Source: Hemiscyllium ocellatum (taxonomy: Eukaryota). From it: a DNA stretch of 64,000 bases. The stretch is from NCBI RefSeq assembly GCF_020745735.1, contig NC_083406.1:103641164-103705163 (forward strand). The letters run 5' to 3'. The translations under genes and the position numbers were made by a program. This document shows, piece by piece, positions 1 to 11,599 of this stretch; the stretch's first letter is position 1, and each line of letters opens with the position of its first letter. The notes beneath the pieces are model-generated. The model did no database searches. It was not told the DNA's origin and saw only the letters and a program-made list of their open reading frames with translations.

Positions 1-52
1 TTAAAGGAGATTGGAAGATTATGGCCACTTCCAATACCTCTGCAATTTGTTG

Positions 53-330
53 GTGACTCAGTTGGTAGCACTTGCACCTTTAAGTCCCAAGATTCTAGGT
101 TTCAAGTCCTACTCAAGGCTGGAGCACAAAAATCTAAGGTCACAATTAATGTGGTATTGAGGGAAGTGTTCACTGTTGGAAGTGAGGTCATTTGGATGGG
201 ACCTTAAAGTTACATCTATGTATTTGGCTGGATACAATGTATTTCTCCACATTATCTTTGAAAGGCAGGGAAGCTATCCTGGCTCTACTGGACGGGATCT
301 ACCACTCAATTAACAGCACAGAAATAGATT
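53..330 (+). mobile_element. Decayed tRNA-head SINE, DeuSINE/SacSINE1-like
   Basis: A-box-like GACTCAGTTGGTAGCAC and B-box-like GGTTTCAAGTCC, followed by GTATTGAGGGAAGTG...CACTGTTGGAAG...TTTGGATG resembling the Deu central domain. Recognised by eye. Confidence 0.6.
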
Positions 331-657
331 TTTTACTTTGGAGATTAAATGTGGTGAAGGTTGTCTGAGATGGTATCACTCCTGCCATGGTCTGTGTTGA
401 CTTCTCAGGAGTGATCAATTATTTTACAGCTTTTCATATGCAGGTGAATGTTTCTTGGCCTGTATTTCTTGTCAGAATGGCATTACTTTATTGTTGGCAA
501 CGTAATCATTGAGAACACCTTAACCTGACTGTTCATCCACTGGGCTCCTGAAACAATTGGACAACCTCTCAAATGACCACAACATGAAATTTGTAACTAC
601 ATCCTCATGAAATCTCCTCCCACTCTGGGTGTAACCATTTCTGCTTCAATAAAGTGT

Positions 658-1441
658 TAGAACATAGAACATAGAACAATACAGCACAGAACAGGCCCTT
701 CGGCCCACGATGTTGTGCTGAACATTTGTCCTAGCTTAAGCACCTATCCATGTACCTATCCAATTGCCGCTTAAAGGTTACCAATGATTCTGACTCTGCC
801 ACTCCCACAGGCAGCGCATTCCATGCCCCCACCACTCTCTGGGTAAAGAACCTACCCCTGACATCCCCCCTAAACCTTCCACCCTTCACCTTAAATTTAT
901 GTCCCCTTGTAACACTCTGTTGTACCCGGGGAAAAAGTCTCTGACTGTCTACTCTATCTATTCCCCTGATCATCTTATAAACCTCGATCAAGTCACCCCA
1001 TATCCTTCGCCATTCCAATGAGAAAAGGCCTAGCACTCTCAACCCATTCTCGTACAACCTATTCTCCATTCCAGGCAACAGCCTGGTAAATCTCCTCTGC
1101 ACCCTCTCCAAAGCTTCCACATCTTTCCTAAAGTGAGGCGACCGGAACTGCACACAATACTCCAAATGTGGCCTTACCAAGGTCCTGTACAGCTGCAACA
1201 TCACCTCACGACTCTTGAATTCAATCCCTCTGCTAATGAACGCTAATACACCATAGGCCTTCTTACAAGCTCTATCCGCCTGAGTGGCAATTTTCAAAGA
1301 GCTATGAACATAGACCCCAAGATCCCTCTGCTCCTCCACCTTACTAAGAACCCTACCGTTAACCCTGTATTCTGCATCCTTATTTGTCCTTCCAAAATGG
1401 ACAACCTTAACTTGACAGGGTTGAATTCCATCTGCCACTCC
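658..1441 (-). mobile_element. 5'-truncated CR1 LINE 3' end
   Basis: ORF 731..1492 encodes the CR1 ORF2 C-terminus (LYRTLVRPHLEYCVQF, LERVQRRFTR, RGHKFK, FFTQRVV.AWNALP). (TTCTATG)n tail at 658-677. Confidence 0.92.
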
Positions 1442-1802
1442 CATTGCACCTGCCACCTGTTGCACAGCTATTTTGAAAGGAAGGTAAAACAAAATTCAAG
1501 AAAGAAAGAAAAGCGAGATTGCTTTCTCATTGGGCAATTTATGTGCCAAACTATCACTTCCCTGCCTCTGCTCCCCCCCACCCCCCATCATTTTCCCACT
1601 ATTCTGTTCATCTTCACCATCTTGTTCTGACCCCATCCTCCATCCTATCTACAGTGTTGCCCATCATTGTCACTACTGAGGACTCCAATTTTTCCCTGGA
1701 GCCCCTCACAATTGAGGCATCTGCTGAACCTCTTGCCTTGCAAATCAAAGCCATCTGAAGTCTTAGATTGATTGACCCCACAGACTTCATGAGCCTATAG
1801 AC

Positions 1803-1885
1803 CTGATGAAGGGCTTATGCCCAAAATGTCGATTCTCCTGCTCAAATGCTGCCTGACCTGCTGTATTTTTCCAGCACCACATTCT
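1803..1885 (+). mobile_element. Penelope-type mini-element with mutated minimal hammerhead core
   Basis: CTGATGA-A-GGGC-TTAT-GCCC-AAAA-TGTC (the expected GAAAC-GTC is altered at both CpGs), followed by GATTCTCCTGCTC..ATGCTGCCTGACCTGCTG..TTTTCCAGCA shared with other copies in the window. Confidence 0.6.
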
Positions 1886-2129
1886 TGAGACTGTACACCA
1901 CCCAACCTTCAGCTTCCAATACCCAGACCCCAAAATTCAACTGCTAGCTATCACAGTGACCATTCCCTCCACTACACTAGGCTCCCAGAAATGGATTGGC
2001 CTCGTTATTGATGATATCCTGGACAGACAATTCACTACTCTGAACTGACGACTGACTAATACTCCGCAGGCACTTTGGACCCCAGTCCTGGGCTGACCAC
2101 AGAAAAGCATATGCTTTAGAATTAATCAT

Positions 2130-3085
2130 AAAGAATGCAATAACTGGACAGTTAGAAAAGAATGATAAAACTGGCAGAGACAACATGGATTTATGAGAGG
2201 AAAATCACGTTTGGCAAACCTATTGTAGTCTTTTGAAAAGGAGATAGTGTGTGTGGTGTATTTAGATGTTTAGAAGACTTCTGACAAAGCTCTTCAGAAG
2301 TTATGAAATAAAATTAGATCACATGGTATGAGAAGAAATATACCAGACTGGATTGACAGTTGGTTAACAGGCAGAAAGCAGAGAGTAGGAGGAAATGGAT
2401 CATTCTCCGAATAGCATGCTGTTACTAGTTGATTACTGCAGTTACTAATAATTCTAGGTCTACAGCTCTTCACAATTTCTGTAAATAATTTGCATGTGGG
2501 GACAAATAGTAATTTTCCCAAGTTTGCTGATGACCCTAATCTTGGTGAGAATATAAGCTGTAAGGATAATGCAAGGAAGCTTCAGGTGGACTTGGAAAAG
2601 CTGTGTCAATTGGATAGGACATGGCAGGTAGAATATAAGAAGTCTGAAGTTCTTCATTTTGGTTGGAAAAAAGTTAATGCCAAAGTATTTCCTAAATGGT
2701 AGGAGGTTGGAAACTGCGACTGTCTGAAGGAACCTAGGTGTATTTATTCAAGTACCACTAAAAGTCAGCATGCAGTTTCACACAGTAATTGGGAAGGTAA
2801 ATTGTATGTTGACCTCTATTACAAAGGTATTTGAGTACAGAGTAAAGCTGTCTTGGTGCAGTTGTGTACAGCATTGATGAAACGTCACCCGGAGTATTGT
2901 ATAGTTTTGCCTGCCTTATCAAAGGAGGGATATACTCACCACAGAGGAACTGCAACAGGTTCATCAGATTAATCCCTGGGATGATGAAATTGTTGAATGA
3001 GAGGTTCAGGAGACTGGATCTGTATTTGCTGTCATTTTGAAGAATGAGCTATGAGCAGATTGTAAATTATAAAATTCTTCCAGGT
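2130..3085 (+). mobile_element. Decayed CR1 RT-region fragment
   Basis: Remnants such as HGFMRGKS, KFADD (ORF 2490..2702) and LQVDLEKL...WQ, with many stops. Confidence 0.8.
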
Positions 3086-3474
3086 TGTTATATCTCACTG
3101 GGATAGCACCACGGTACTCAAGATCAGTTAGCCCCAGAACCATTGCAAATGTTAAAGATTTTAAAATGTACACAAAGTTCCCCAATTTACTTGGTTTTCA
3201 GACTCACGTTCAGGATTCTGTACTTAATAAGAATTACAGTTGATTATGAATAAATAGACTCTCACTACAGAAAAAAAATTACGAACTGCTGGCATATAAC
3301 TCAAGGATTAAAACTTTAATTCCTTTATAAACTCTTTCTTACATACATATACACAGACAGGAAAAAAACATAAGTGTTATGAACAGAGAGAAGACTGGGA
3401 ATGCAGGTCAGTGGGCTCTGTTCACAAGATATTGCCCTTGACCTTGTCTAATGTGTTTGAGGTTCTGGCTCTAG

Positions 3475-4810
3475 GGTGGATGGGCAAACTGATTATAGCC
3501 CTGTGGTACAAAGAGCCAAAGATCCAGTTGTCATGGTCCACATTGTTATCGGTAATAACGGTTTCTGCTGAAGGAATATGAACAGCTAGGTACTAAATTG
3601 AAAAGCAGAACCAAAAACATCATAATTTCCTGATTACTAACTGAGCCACAAGCTAATTGACATAGGGTCAACAAGATTAAAGAGCTAAACATGTGGCTCA
3701 AAGATTGGTGTGAAAGAAGTGGGTTTTAATTCATGGGACATTGTCACCATGTACTGGGGAAGGAAAGGACTATTCCAGTGGGGCAGGCCGCACCTGAATC
3801 ATGCTGGGTCCTGATGAATCGTAAAAACCAGGGCAATGGAAAGGGCTTAAAATTAAATGGGCGGGGTGGGGGGGGGGGGGGGGGGGGGGTCCAGTTCATG
3901 AAAAAGTATAAAATCAAAGGCAAAAGAGAAGATAGGATTGTAATTTGGTGATGGGGCTGACTGTCACCAGAAAATAAAAAGGGACAGAATGTGCTAACGT
4001 CATATTGGACCAGGAAACCATAAAAGTGTAGAGAAATGTGATACAACATATTTGAAGGCTTTGTATCATAATTCATGAGGCTTTCGGAATAAGGTAGTTG
4101 AATTGATGGCACAAATCCATGTAACTGAGAATGATCTCATAGCCATTATGGAAACATAGTTACAAGGAGATTAAAATTGGGATCTAAACATTCAGACAGA
4201 CAGGAGGGTTGAAAAAGATGGGTAACACCATTAATCAGATGAAATGAGGGGAGTTGATCTAGACTCAGATGATGTAGAGTCCATTTGGGCAGAGTAAAAC
4301 AAAACAAGGAAGAGAAGGCATAGGTAGGAGAAGTGTACATGTCCCTAAACAATAGCCACTCTGTGGGAAATGCTATTAGTCAATAAATAAAAGGAGCATA
4401 TAAAAAGAATAGAGCTGTAACTATGTGTGACCTTAATCTTCATGTTGATTAATCAAATTGGAAATGGTAGCCATGACAACAAATTCATAGAATGCATTGT
4501 AGGATCACTGAGCCAACCAGAGAGCAGGCTATCTTGGATCTGATAGTGTTAGATGAGGCAGTTTTAATAAATGGCCTCAGAATACAAGATCCACTTGGAA
4601 GTAGTGATCATAACATGACAGAATTTAATATTCAGTTTGAGAATGAGAAATTTGGATTGGAAACAATTGTGTTTAACTTACAAAAAGGAAATTACAATGA
4701 AATGAGGATAGAGTTAGCTAAAGTGAACTGGGCGGATGGATTAGAAGAAATGAACAGAGAGAAAGCAATGGCAAACCTTTAAGCAGGTTTTTCATGACTC
4801 TGAGCAATAA
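3475..4810 (+). mobile_element. Decayed CR1: ORF1 esterase end, ORF junction and endonuclease
   Basis: PVVMVHI remnant near 3525, FMGH..YWG near 3730, junction GGGCTTAAAATTAA at 3843-3856, then EN motifs EPTREQAILDL and LGSSDHNM (ORF 4492..4782). Confidence 0.75.
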
Positions 4811-5310
4811 TGGGAAGCTAGAGAAGTGATTGGTGGACCTCTTGTTGAGATACTTGTATCATCGATAGTCACAGGTGAAGTGCCGGAAGACTGGAGGTTG
4901 GCTAACATGATGCCACTGTTTAGGAAGGGTGATAAAGACAAGCCAGGGAACTATAGACCAGAGAGCCTGACACCGGTGGTGGGCAAGTTGTTGAAGGGAA
5001 TCCTGAATGACAGGATGTACATGTATTTGGAAAGGTAAGGACTTATTAGGGATAGTCAACATGGCTTTGTGAGTGGGAAATCGTGTCTTGATTGGGTTTT
5101 TTGAAGAAGTAACAAAGAGGACTAATGAGGGCAGAACGGTAGATGTTATCTATATGGACTTCAGTAAGGTGTTCAATAAGGTTCCCCATGGGAGACTGGT
5201 TAGCAAGGTTAAATCTCATGGAATACAGGGGGAACTAGCCATTTGGATACAGAACTGGCTCAAAGGTAGAAGACAGAGGGTGGTGGTAGAGGGCTGTTTT
5301 TCAGACTGGA
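4810..5310 (+). mobile_element. CR1 RT fragment
   Basis: VPEDWRLAN, PGNYRP, VDVIYMDFSKVFNKVPHGRL, WIQNWL..RRQRVVV in ORFs 4826..5038 and 5073..5357. Confidence 0.88.
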
Positions 5311-5664
5311 GCTGTAACATAACCTCTCTGCTTTTTTTTTGTAGATATTTTTATTGAAATTTAACATTTTTGCAAATTTACAAAAATAAACAAAACTCTC
5401 AAATACAAACATTGATGTACAATTAAATCATATATACAATAGTCATAATTTAACAAAGAAAAGAGAAAGAAAACAAAAAAAGAAAAAAAAATGAAAAAAG
5501 AAAAAAAAACTCAACTTTCTACTATTCTAACCTATAACTAACCAGAGTGTATACCTAAGTCTCTTACATGCTCGGAATGTATAAACATCAAATATAATAA
5601 AACCCGTATTCGCGCAGGATTCCTCTTCCAAGGGGCCCCGGAGCAGCCCGGTCTGAAATCTTCA

Positions 5665-8600
5665 CTAAATAAAAGCCCTTGTTAGGATAGCCGAAATATC
5701 TGCATTTATATAATTCAAAAAGGGCTGCCATATTTTATAAAATAATTCAGTCTTTCGGTGCACCATATTTGTGAGGAAGTCAAGGGGGATATATTCCATA
5801 ATTAATCTGTGCCAATTTGAAAGTCCAGGGGGGCCCTCAGCCACCCAGTTCACCAAAATATTTTTCCTTGCACAGAAAGAGAGAATAGAAAATAGTCTCT
5901 TCCCATGCATATCTAGAGATGAGAGGTTCAAAAAGCCCAAAAGGAGAGATACAGGGTCCACCCTAATTTCCGTTCCTAAAATTTCTGTCAGGGTATTTGC
6001 CACTTTAGTCCAGTATCTGCGGATTTTCTGACAAGTCCACAGACAATGTACAAGAGTACCCACCTCTATTTTGCATTTAGGACACATTGGAGATGCTCCT
6101 GCCTTAAATTTTGCCAGTCGAGTCGGAGCTATATGGGCCCTATGAAGTATCTTTAGTTGGATAGCCTGAGTTCTGTTACAGATAGCAATTCTTCCAGCAT
6201 TTTCCCAAATGTCATTCCACATATCCTCAGAGATTTCTAGCCCCAAGTCCTGTTCCCATGTTTTAAGCAGGTCATCCATGTCTCCTGAGACTCCATCATG
6301 TAGCAAATGGTATATAGTACTAACGGAGGATGCCCCCGCTGGTCGTAAGACATTACGTTCTATGTCTGATTTATAAAGACTATCTATTAATGTAGTCTTC
6401 CTCTGTATATAATCTCGAACTTGGAAGTATCGAAAGAGATCCCCATTAGGTATTCCGAATTTCAGACGCAACTGCTCAAAGGACATCAGGATCCCATCTT
6501 TAAATAGGTCCCCTAAGCATGAGATGCCCCTGGATCTCCAGAGTTTAAAGGTGGCATCTGTAATCCCCGGTTGGAATCCCCATGCGCCTACTATTGGTGC
6601 ATGGGGGGATGTTTTATGTGAGTTACCCTCATTTTGCCGCATTATATTCCAGGCCTTAATTGTGTTTAATATTATGGGATTTTTACAGTGGTCTGTAATG
6701 ATTTTCCTCTTATCTGAAAATAAAAGGTTAATAAGTGGGTATTTTACTTGGGAGGCTTCGATATCCAGCCAAATTGATTGTGGATCAGATGAAACCCAAT
6801 CAGCTATGTAACTTAGTAGGGAGCTTAACTGATATTTCCTAAAGTCTGGGAAGTCCAGTCCTCCCCTTGCCTGTGGAAGCTGTAGCTTCTTCAGCTTAAT
6901 AAGGGGCCGTCTATGGTTCCAAATAAAGGAGCCCAACCAGCCATATAATTTACGTAGGGCTAGTCTTGGCAGCATCAGCGGGAGCATTCTCATAGGATAT
7001 AAGAGACGGGGCAGAACATTCATTTTAATTAATGCTATTCTCCCTAGCCAGGAAATTGGAAGGTCTCTCCATTGCTGGAGGTCCTGCCTTATCCTTTCCA
7101 TTAATTGTACAAAATTAGCCCTATACAGCTGATCAAATACTGGCGTGATAAAAATACCTAAATATAAGAAGCCCTCCAGGGACCAACGGAAGGGAAAAGG
7201 GGATCCGTCCATTAAGTGGGGTATCATAGCCAGACCACCCATTGGCATGGCTTCTGATTTTGAAAAATTAATTTTATAGCCTGAGAATGCACTAAATGTA
7301 TTAATAACTTGAATTAGACGAGGCACTGACATTAAAGGATTACTGAGGAATAAGAGAACGTCATCTGCATAGAGGGTAATTTTGTGTTTACCTGTACCAA
7401 TCCTCGGGGCCGTTATATTAGGATCAGTCCGGATGGCTTCTGCTAATGGTTCGATTATCAGTGTAAACAACAATGGTGAGAGAGGACATCCTTGACGGCA
7501 GCCCCTACCCACACTGAAGCCATCCGATCTTAACCCATTAGTAATAACAGCTGCTTTGGGGTCATTATACAATGTTGAAACCCATTTGGTAAACACCTGT
7601 CCAACGCCAAACCTTTCCAATGTGTAAAATAAATATGACCATTCAACCCTATCAAATGCCTTTTCCGCATCCAATGAAATTACTACTCCTGGTATCTTTC
7701 CCTGATGACAGGCTTGGATCATATTCAAGACCCTTCTGATATTATTGGATGATCTGTGGCCCTTAATAAATCCCGTCTGGTCCTCCTTTATAATATATGG
7801 CAGTACCCTTTCTAGTCTTAGTGCTAACATTTTTGAGAGAATTTTAAAGTCTACATTTAGTAAGGATATTGGTCTGTAAGTTGCACAATCTTCTGGGTCT
7901 TTTCCTTTTTTGAGGATAAGAGAAATATTTGCTTCTTTCAGCGTGGGCGGGAGACAGACCTGACTATGCGCAAAATTATACATATCCATAAGTGGGTCAA
8001 CCAATATTCCTGTAAATTCTTTATAGAATTCAGCTTGAAAACCATCCGGGCCCGGTGCTTTTCCGCTCTGAAGTTGCCTAATTGCCTCAAGTATTTCTTG
8101 GACTATTAAAGGGGTATTTAGGGCCGACACCTGTTCCGGAGTCAGGGCCGGGAAGGTCAAATTTTTTAAAAATGACTGCATCCTCCTAATCCTATCTTCA
8201 CAATCCTGCGATCTATATAGTTCAGAATAAAATTCTTTAAAGGTCGCATTGATCTTTTTATGATCATGAGTCAGGGTACCTGTACTTTCCTTGATGGTCG
8301 GAATAGTTTGAGGGGCTTTCTTTTTCTTTGCAAGAAATGCTAAGTATCTACCCGGTTTGTCGCCATATTCATATAATCTTTGTTTCGCAAATAATATTTC
8401 CCTTTTAGCCGTTTGAGTAAGCGCGGTGTTTAAAGCTGTCCTAAGAGCTGTAATCCTCTGCAATTTTGTGATAGAAGGTCTATCAGCGTATGCTGTTTCG
8501 GCTGCTTTTAGGCGAGCTTCGAGCAGACGCTGTTGCTCTCCCTTCATTTTCCTCTGGGTCGCTGAATAGGAGATGATCAAACCTCGTGCATAAGCTTTGA

Positions 8601-9477
8601 TGGTCTCCCACATCATTGACGGATTGCTAGCCGTACCAGTATTAATTTCTAAAAAAGTTTTAAGTTCTTGGGAGAAGTACTTTAAAAATTTGCTATCTTT
8701 TATCAGGAAGGGGTCCATACGCCAATGCCGAGCAGATGTCCCATTGTTCTTTACCTTAGTTTCCACGTATACAGCGGCATGGTCAGAGATTGCTATAGTA
8801 CCTATTTTACAGGTTGCTATAGAGTTTAGAAAAATCGATGGGGCAAAAAACATATCAATTCTTGTGTGACATTTATGTGGATTAGAGTAGAAAGAAAAAT
8901 CTCTACCCTGTGGATGGAGACATCTCCATACATCTACCAATCCTAATTCTTTATTCAGGTCCGCCAGTTGTCTAGATCTGGGAGATACTCCAGCGGCACT
9001 CTTGGGAATCCTGTCTATTTCCGGGTCCATAATACAATTAAAGTCTCCCCCTATAATTGTATGACGGGCACCAAAGGCCATCAGTTTTGAAAAAGCTTCC
9101 GTTATGAATTTAAAGGGGTGTGCCGGGGGGCAGTATACATTTAAGATCCCATATTCCTCTCCATTTATGAGGGCTTTAATCAAAATATATCGTCCAGATT
9201 CGTCTTTTATCTGATTTAGAATTTTCAAAGGGAAGTTCTTCCGGACAAGGATAACGACTCCCCTGCTTTTTGAATTAAAAGAGGAGAAAAAGGCCTGATC
9301 AAATCCGCCCTGTCGTAATTTTAAGTGTTCTTTATCCGACAGGTGTGTCTCCTGTAGGAGAGCTATATCAACTCTCTCCTTCTTAAGATTTGATAATATT
9401 TTCTTCCTTTTAACTGGCGAATTACTCCCCCTGACATTCCAGGTGCACCACTTAACCGACTGTTCAGCCATAATCAT
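5665..9477 (-). CDS. L1 ORF2p (APE endonuclease, reverse transcriptase, CCHC domain), 1270 aa
   Basis: EN motifs TWNVRG, LQETHL, GGDFN, RID, SDH. RT motifs GPDG, YRPISLLN, LDAEKAFD, QGCPLSP, YADD, YLGI. C-terminal CPKC...HCLWTC. Uninterrupted. Confidence 0.97.
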   Translation of the reverse strand: MIMAEQSVKWCTWNVRGSNSPVKRKKILSNLKKERVDIALLQETHLSDKEHLKLRQGGFDQAFFSSFNSKSRGVVILVRKNFPLKILNQIKDESGRYILIKALINGEEYGILNVYCPPAHPFKFITEAFSKLMAFGARHTIIGGDFNCIMDPEIDRIPKSAAGVSPRSRQLADLNKELGLVDVWRCLHPQGRDFSFYSNPHKCHTRIDMFFAPSIFLNSIATCKIGTIAISDHAAVYVETKVKNNGTSARHWRMDPFLIKDSKFLKYFSQELKTFLEINTGTASNPSMMWETIKAYARGLIISYSATQRKMKGEQQRLLEARLKAAETAYADRPSITKLQRITALRTALNTALTQTAKREILFAKQRLYEYGDKPGRYLAFLAKKKKAPQTIPTIKESTGTLTHDHKKINATFKEFYSELYRSQDCEDRIRRMQSFLKNLTFPALTPEQVSALNTPLIVQEILEAIRQLQSGKAPGPDGFQAEFYKEFTGILVDPLMDMYNFAHSQVCLPPTLKEANISLILKKGKDPEDCATYRPISLLNVDFKILSKMLALRLERVLPYIIKEDQTGFIKGHRSSNNIRRVLNMIQACHQGKIPGVVISLDAEKAFDRVEWSYLFYTLERFGVGQVFTKWVSTLYNDPKAAVITNGLRSDGFSVGRGCRQGCPLSPLLFTLIIEPLAEAIRTDPNITAPRIGTGKHKITLYADDVLLFLSNPLMSVPRLIQVINTFSAFSGYKINFSKSEAMPMGGLAMIPHLMDGSPFPFRWSLEGFLYLGIFITPVFDQLYRANFVQLMERIRQDLQQWRDLPISWLGRIALIKMNVLPRLLYPMRMLPLMLPRLALRKLYGWLGSFIWNHRRPLIKLKKLQLPQARGGLDFPDFRKYQLSSLLSYIADWVSSDPQSIWLDIEASQVKYPLINLLFSDKRKIITDHCKNPIILNTIKAWNIMRQNEGNSHKTSPHAPIVGAWGFQPGITDATFKLWRSRGISCLGDLFKDGILMSFEQLRLKFGIPNGDLFRYFQVRDYIQRKTTLIDSLYKSDIERNVLRPAGASSVSTIYHLLHDGVSGDMDDLLKTWEQDLGLEISEDMWNDIWENAGRIAICNRTQAIQLKILHRAHIAPTRLAKFKAGASPMCPKCKIEVGTLVHCLWTCQKIRRYWTKVANTLTEILGTEIRVDPVSLLLGFLNLSSLDMHGKRLFSILSFCARKNILVNWVAEGPPGLSNWHRLIMEYIPLDFLTNMVHRKTELFYKIWQPFLNYINADISAILTRAFI

Positions 9478-9993
9478 CTGGACAGATCCGAGACCCCTCG
9501 GGAGGGGAAACCCTATCTAGAACATCCCGAGCATGGAGCATACAAGATTTACAAAAGTAAAGATTCTCTGATACACTCAAAACAATATAACAAAAAACTC
9601 TTTCTAAGTATAAAAAATATAAAACATTCCGAATTGGAGATTTTCTCCCTTGTTCCCAGGGAGCGTCACTTCCTCTCCCACAGTCCATCTTACCCTCTTC
9701 CAACCAGTGCCCCACCCTTGACCCAGGTGTTCCTCAATAAAATGAGGAGAATTCAAATATAATATAAAGCTAGAGTTAATAGTGAACACCCCACCCCCAC
9801 CCACACCCACATCTAAATATATTTGGGAATATTAATACCATATATAACTACAAGATTACAATCTCAACATGTAATACTTAAATATAATACCACAAAATAA
9901 CAGGGGAAAGAAAAACAACCCCGCTCCTAAAAACAGAAGTAAAATAGAATAAGGTAACCACCTCTCCCCATCAACATTAACCAAACGCCCCAA

Positions 9994-9994
9994 C

Positions 9995-10027
<33 letters not shown>

Positions 10028-10036
10028 TACACACAT
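9994..10036. repeat. (TA)n(CA)n microsatellite in the L1 inter-ORF spacer
   Basis: Directly visible. Confidence 0.95.
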
Positions 10037-10117
10037 AGGGGGAAAGATAAGAAAAGATGAAGGGATGTAAACCAAAATAATGGGAAAGGCAGACCAGCGT
10101 CCACAATCTCTTACAGT

Positions 10118-10981
10118 TTATTTAAGAGAGTCCAAGAATTCCTTAGCCTTCTCCGGTGATCCGAAGTTATATATGGGTCCTTCGTGGCTAAGGCGTAGCG
10201 TCGCTGGATATCGTAAGGAGTACTGGATATTTAAGTCCCTTAAACGCTTCTTCGCCTCATCGAATGCCTTCCTCTTTCGGACCAAAGCTGGTGAGAAGTC
10301 CTGGAACAGCATGATCCTGGATCCTTTGTGGGTCATAGCTTGGGGATCTTTTCCCAGATTTCTTGAGGCTTCCAGGAGCATCTGCCTCTCCCTATAGCTC
10401 TGCAGCTGGAACAGGACCGGGCGTGGGCGCTGGGTTGAGCCGGGCCCACGTACTGTGACCCGGTAGGCCCATTCTACCCTTACCTGGCCTGATCCAGCCT
10501 GCAGATTTAAAAGTTGTGGCAGCCAATGCTCTAAGAATGCTGTCAGCTGACCTCCCTCTTCCTGCTCGGGCAGGCCCAACAACCGAATATTTTTTCTACG
10601 ACATCGATTTTCGAGGTCATCAATGTGGTTTTCTAGGTTCTGGACTCGATTCTCAAGAAAACGGATGTGGTCGGCTGTTGATTTTATCCCAGTCTCTGAG
10701 GCTGTGGCCTTCGACTCCATCTCTCTGACTCGGCACTCCAATTCCTGAATGTCTCTGCCCTGCTTCTGCAGCTCGGCTGATTGAGTCTCGGCAGAGCAGA
10801 GAAGCACTTCGATAAAAGCATCAATCTTCGCCTCCCACCTGGCAAACATCTCCTCAAAGCTCATCTTCATTGGTAAATCTCCTGAAGTAGCTGAAGACAC
10901 CTTTGTTGCAGCTGAAGAGGGAGAGGGTGGGGGAGGGGTCCCTGCTTTCTTAGAGCCGCCTGTTCCCTTCCCTTTACTCAT
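10118..10981 (-). CDS. L1 ORF1p (coiled coil, RRM, CTD), 287 aa
   Basis: Heptad region ending DDLENRCRRKNIRLLGLPE, then RPRPVLFQL, FQDFS and YPATLRL, typical of vertebrate L1 ORF1p. Confidence 0.93.
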   Translation of the reverse strand: MSKGKGTGGSKKAGTPPPPSPSSAATKVSSATSGDLPMKMSFEEMFARWEAKIDAFIEVLLCSAETQSAELQKQGRDIQELECRVREMESKATASETGIKSTADHIRFLENRVQNLENHIDDLENRCRRKNIRLLGLPEQEEGGQLTAFLEHWLPQLLNLQAGSGQVRVEWAYRVTVRGPGSTQRPRPVLFQLQSYRERQMLLEASRNLGKDPQAMTHKGSRIMLFQDFSPALVRKRKAFDEAKKRLRDLNIQYSLRYPATLRLSHEGPIYNFGSPEKAKEFLDSLK

Positions 10982-11153
10982 TTTCCAGCTAGTATTAGAC
11001 TATTTAAATGTACTAATAGGTAACTCTTTAAGGTTAACAACTATTATAAATGGTTTAGTGAGTGTGGTGGGGGTGGATAGCCCACTTTTCCCAAGTTTTG
11101 GGTAGAGCACTGTGGACTCAGTCTTGCTGGGTCGCCGCCATCTTGGATCCCCT

Positions 11154-11530
11154 CCTCTCTGCTTTTAAAATCAACCCCTTAAGCAATGAAGGACAATATT
11201 CCATTAGCCTTCCTAATTACTTGTTGTACCTACAGACCAACCTTCTGCGATTCATGCACAAGGATACCCAGGCCCCTCTGCAAATCAGCATGCTGCAACT
11301 TTTTGCCATGCAAGTAATAACCTATTTTGCTGTTACTCCGACCAAAATGTATGACTTCACATTTACTAACATTGTATTCCATCTGCCAGACCTTTGCCCA
11401 GTCACTGAATGTATTTATATTCCTCTGCAAAGTTTAACAGTCCTCTGCACATTTTGCTCTGCCACTCATCTGTGTTATCGGTAGATTTTGACACTGTGGT
11501 GCCTAATTCCAAATCATCTGTATAAATTGT
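11154..11530 (-). mobile_element. CR1 fragment interrupted by the L1 (continues at 5311-5335)
   Basis: ORF 11230..11430 has WAKVWQMEYNVSKCEVIHFG. Removing the L1 and one TSD copy restores continuous CR1 sequence (GTAACATAACCTCTCTGCTTTTAAAATCAACCCC). Confidence 0.85.
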
Positions 11531-11599
11531 AAATAAAAGTAAAGTAAATTGTAAATAAAATGAAAGCAAAAACATTTAAAGAGGCCACAGTGATAGCCG

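Larger units (their letters stand above)
5336..11153 (-). mobile_element. Full-length L1-clade LINE with intact ORF1 and ORF2
   Basis: 5' end GAGGGGATCCAAGATGGCGGCG (YY1-like). ORF1 and ORF2 present. AATAAA at 5355-5350 followed by a short poly(A). TSD CCTCTCTGCTTTT at 5323-5335 and 11154-11166, with a TTTT/AA target site. Confidence 0.96.
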
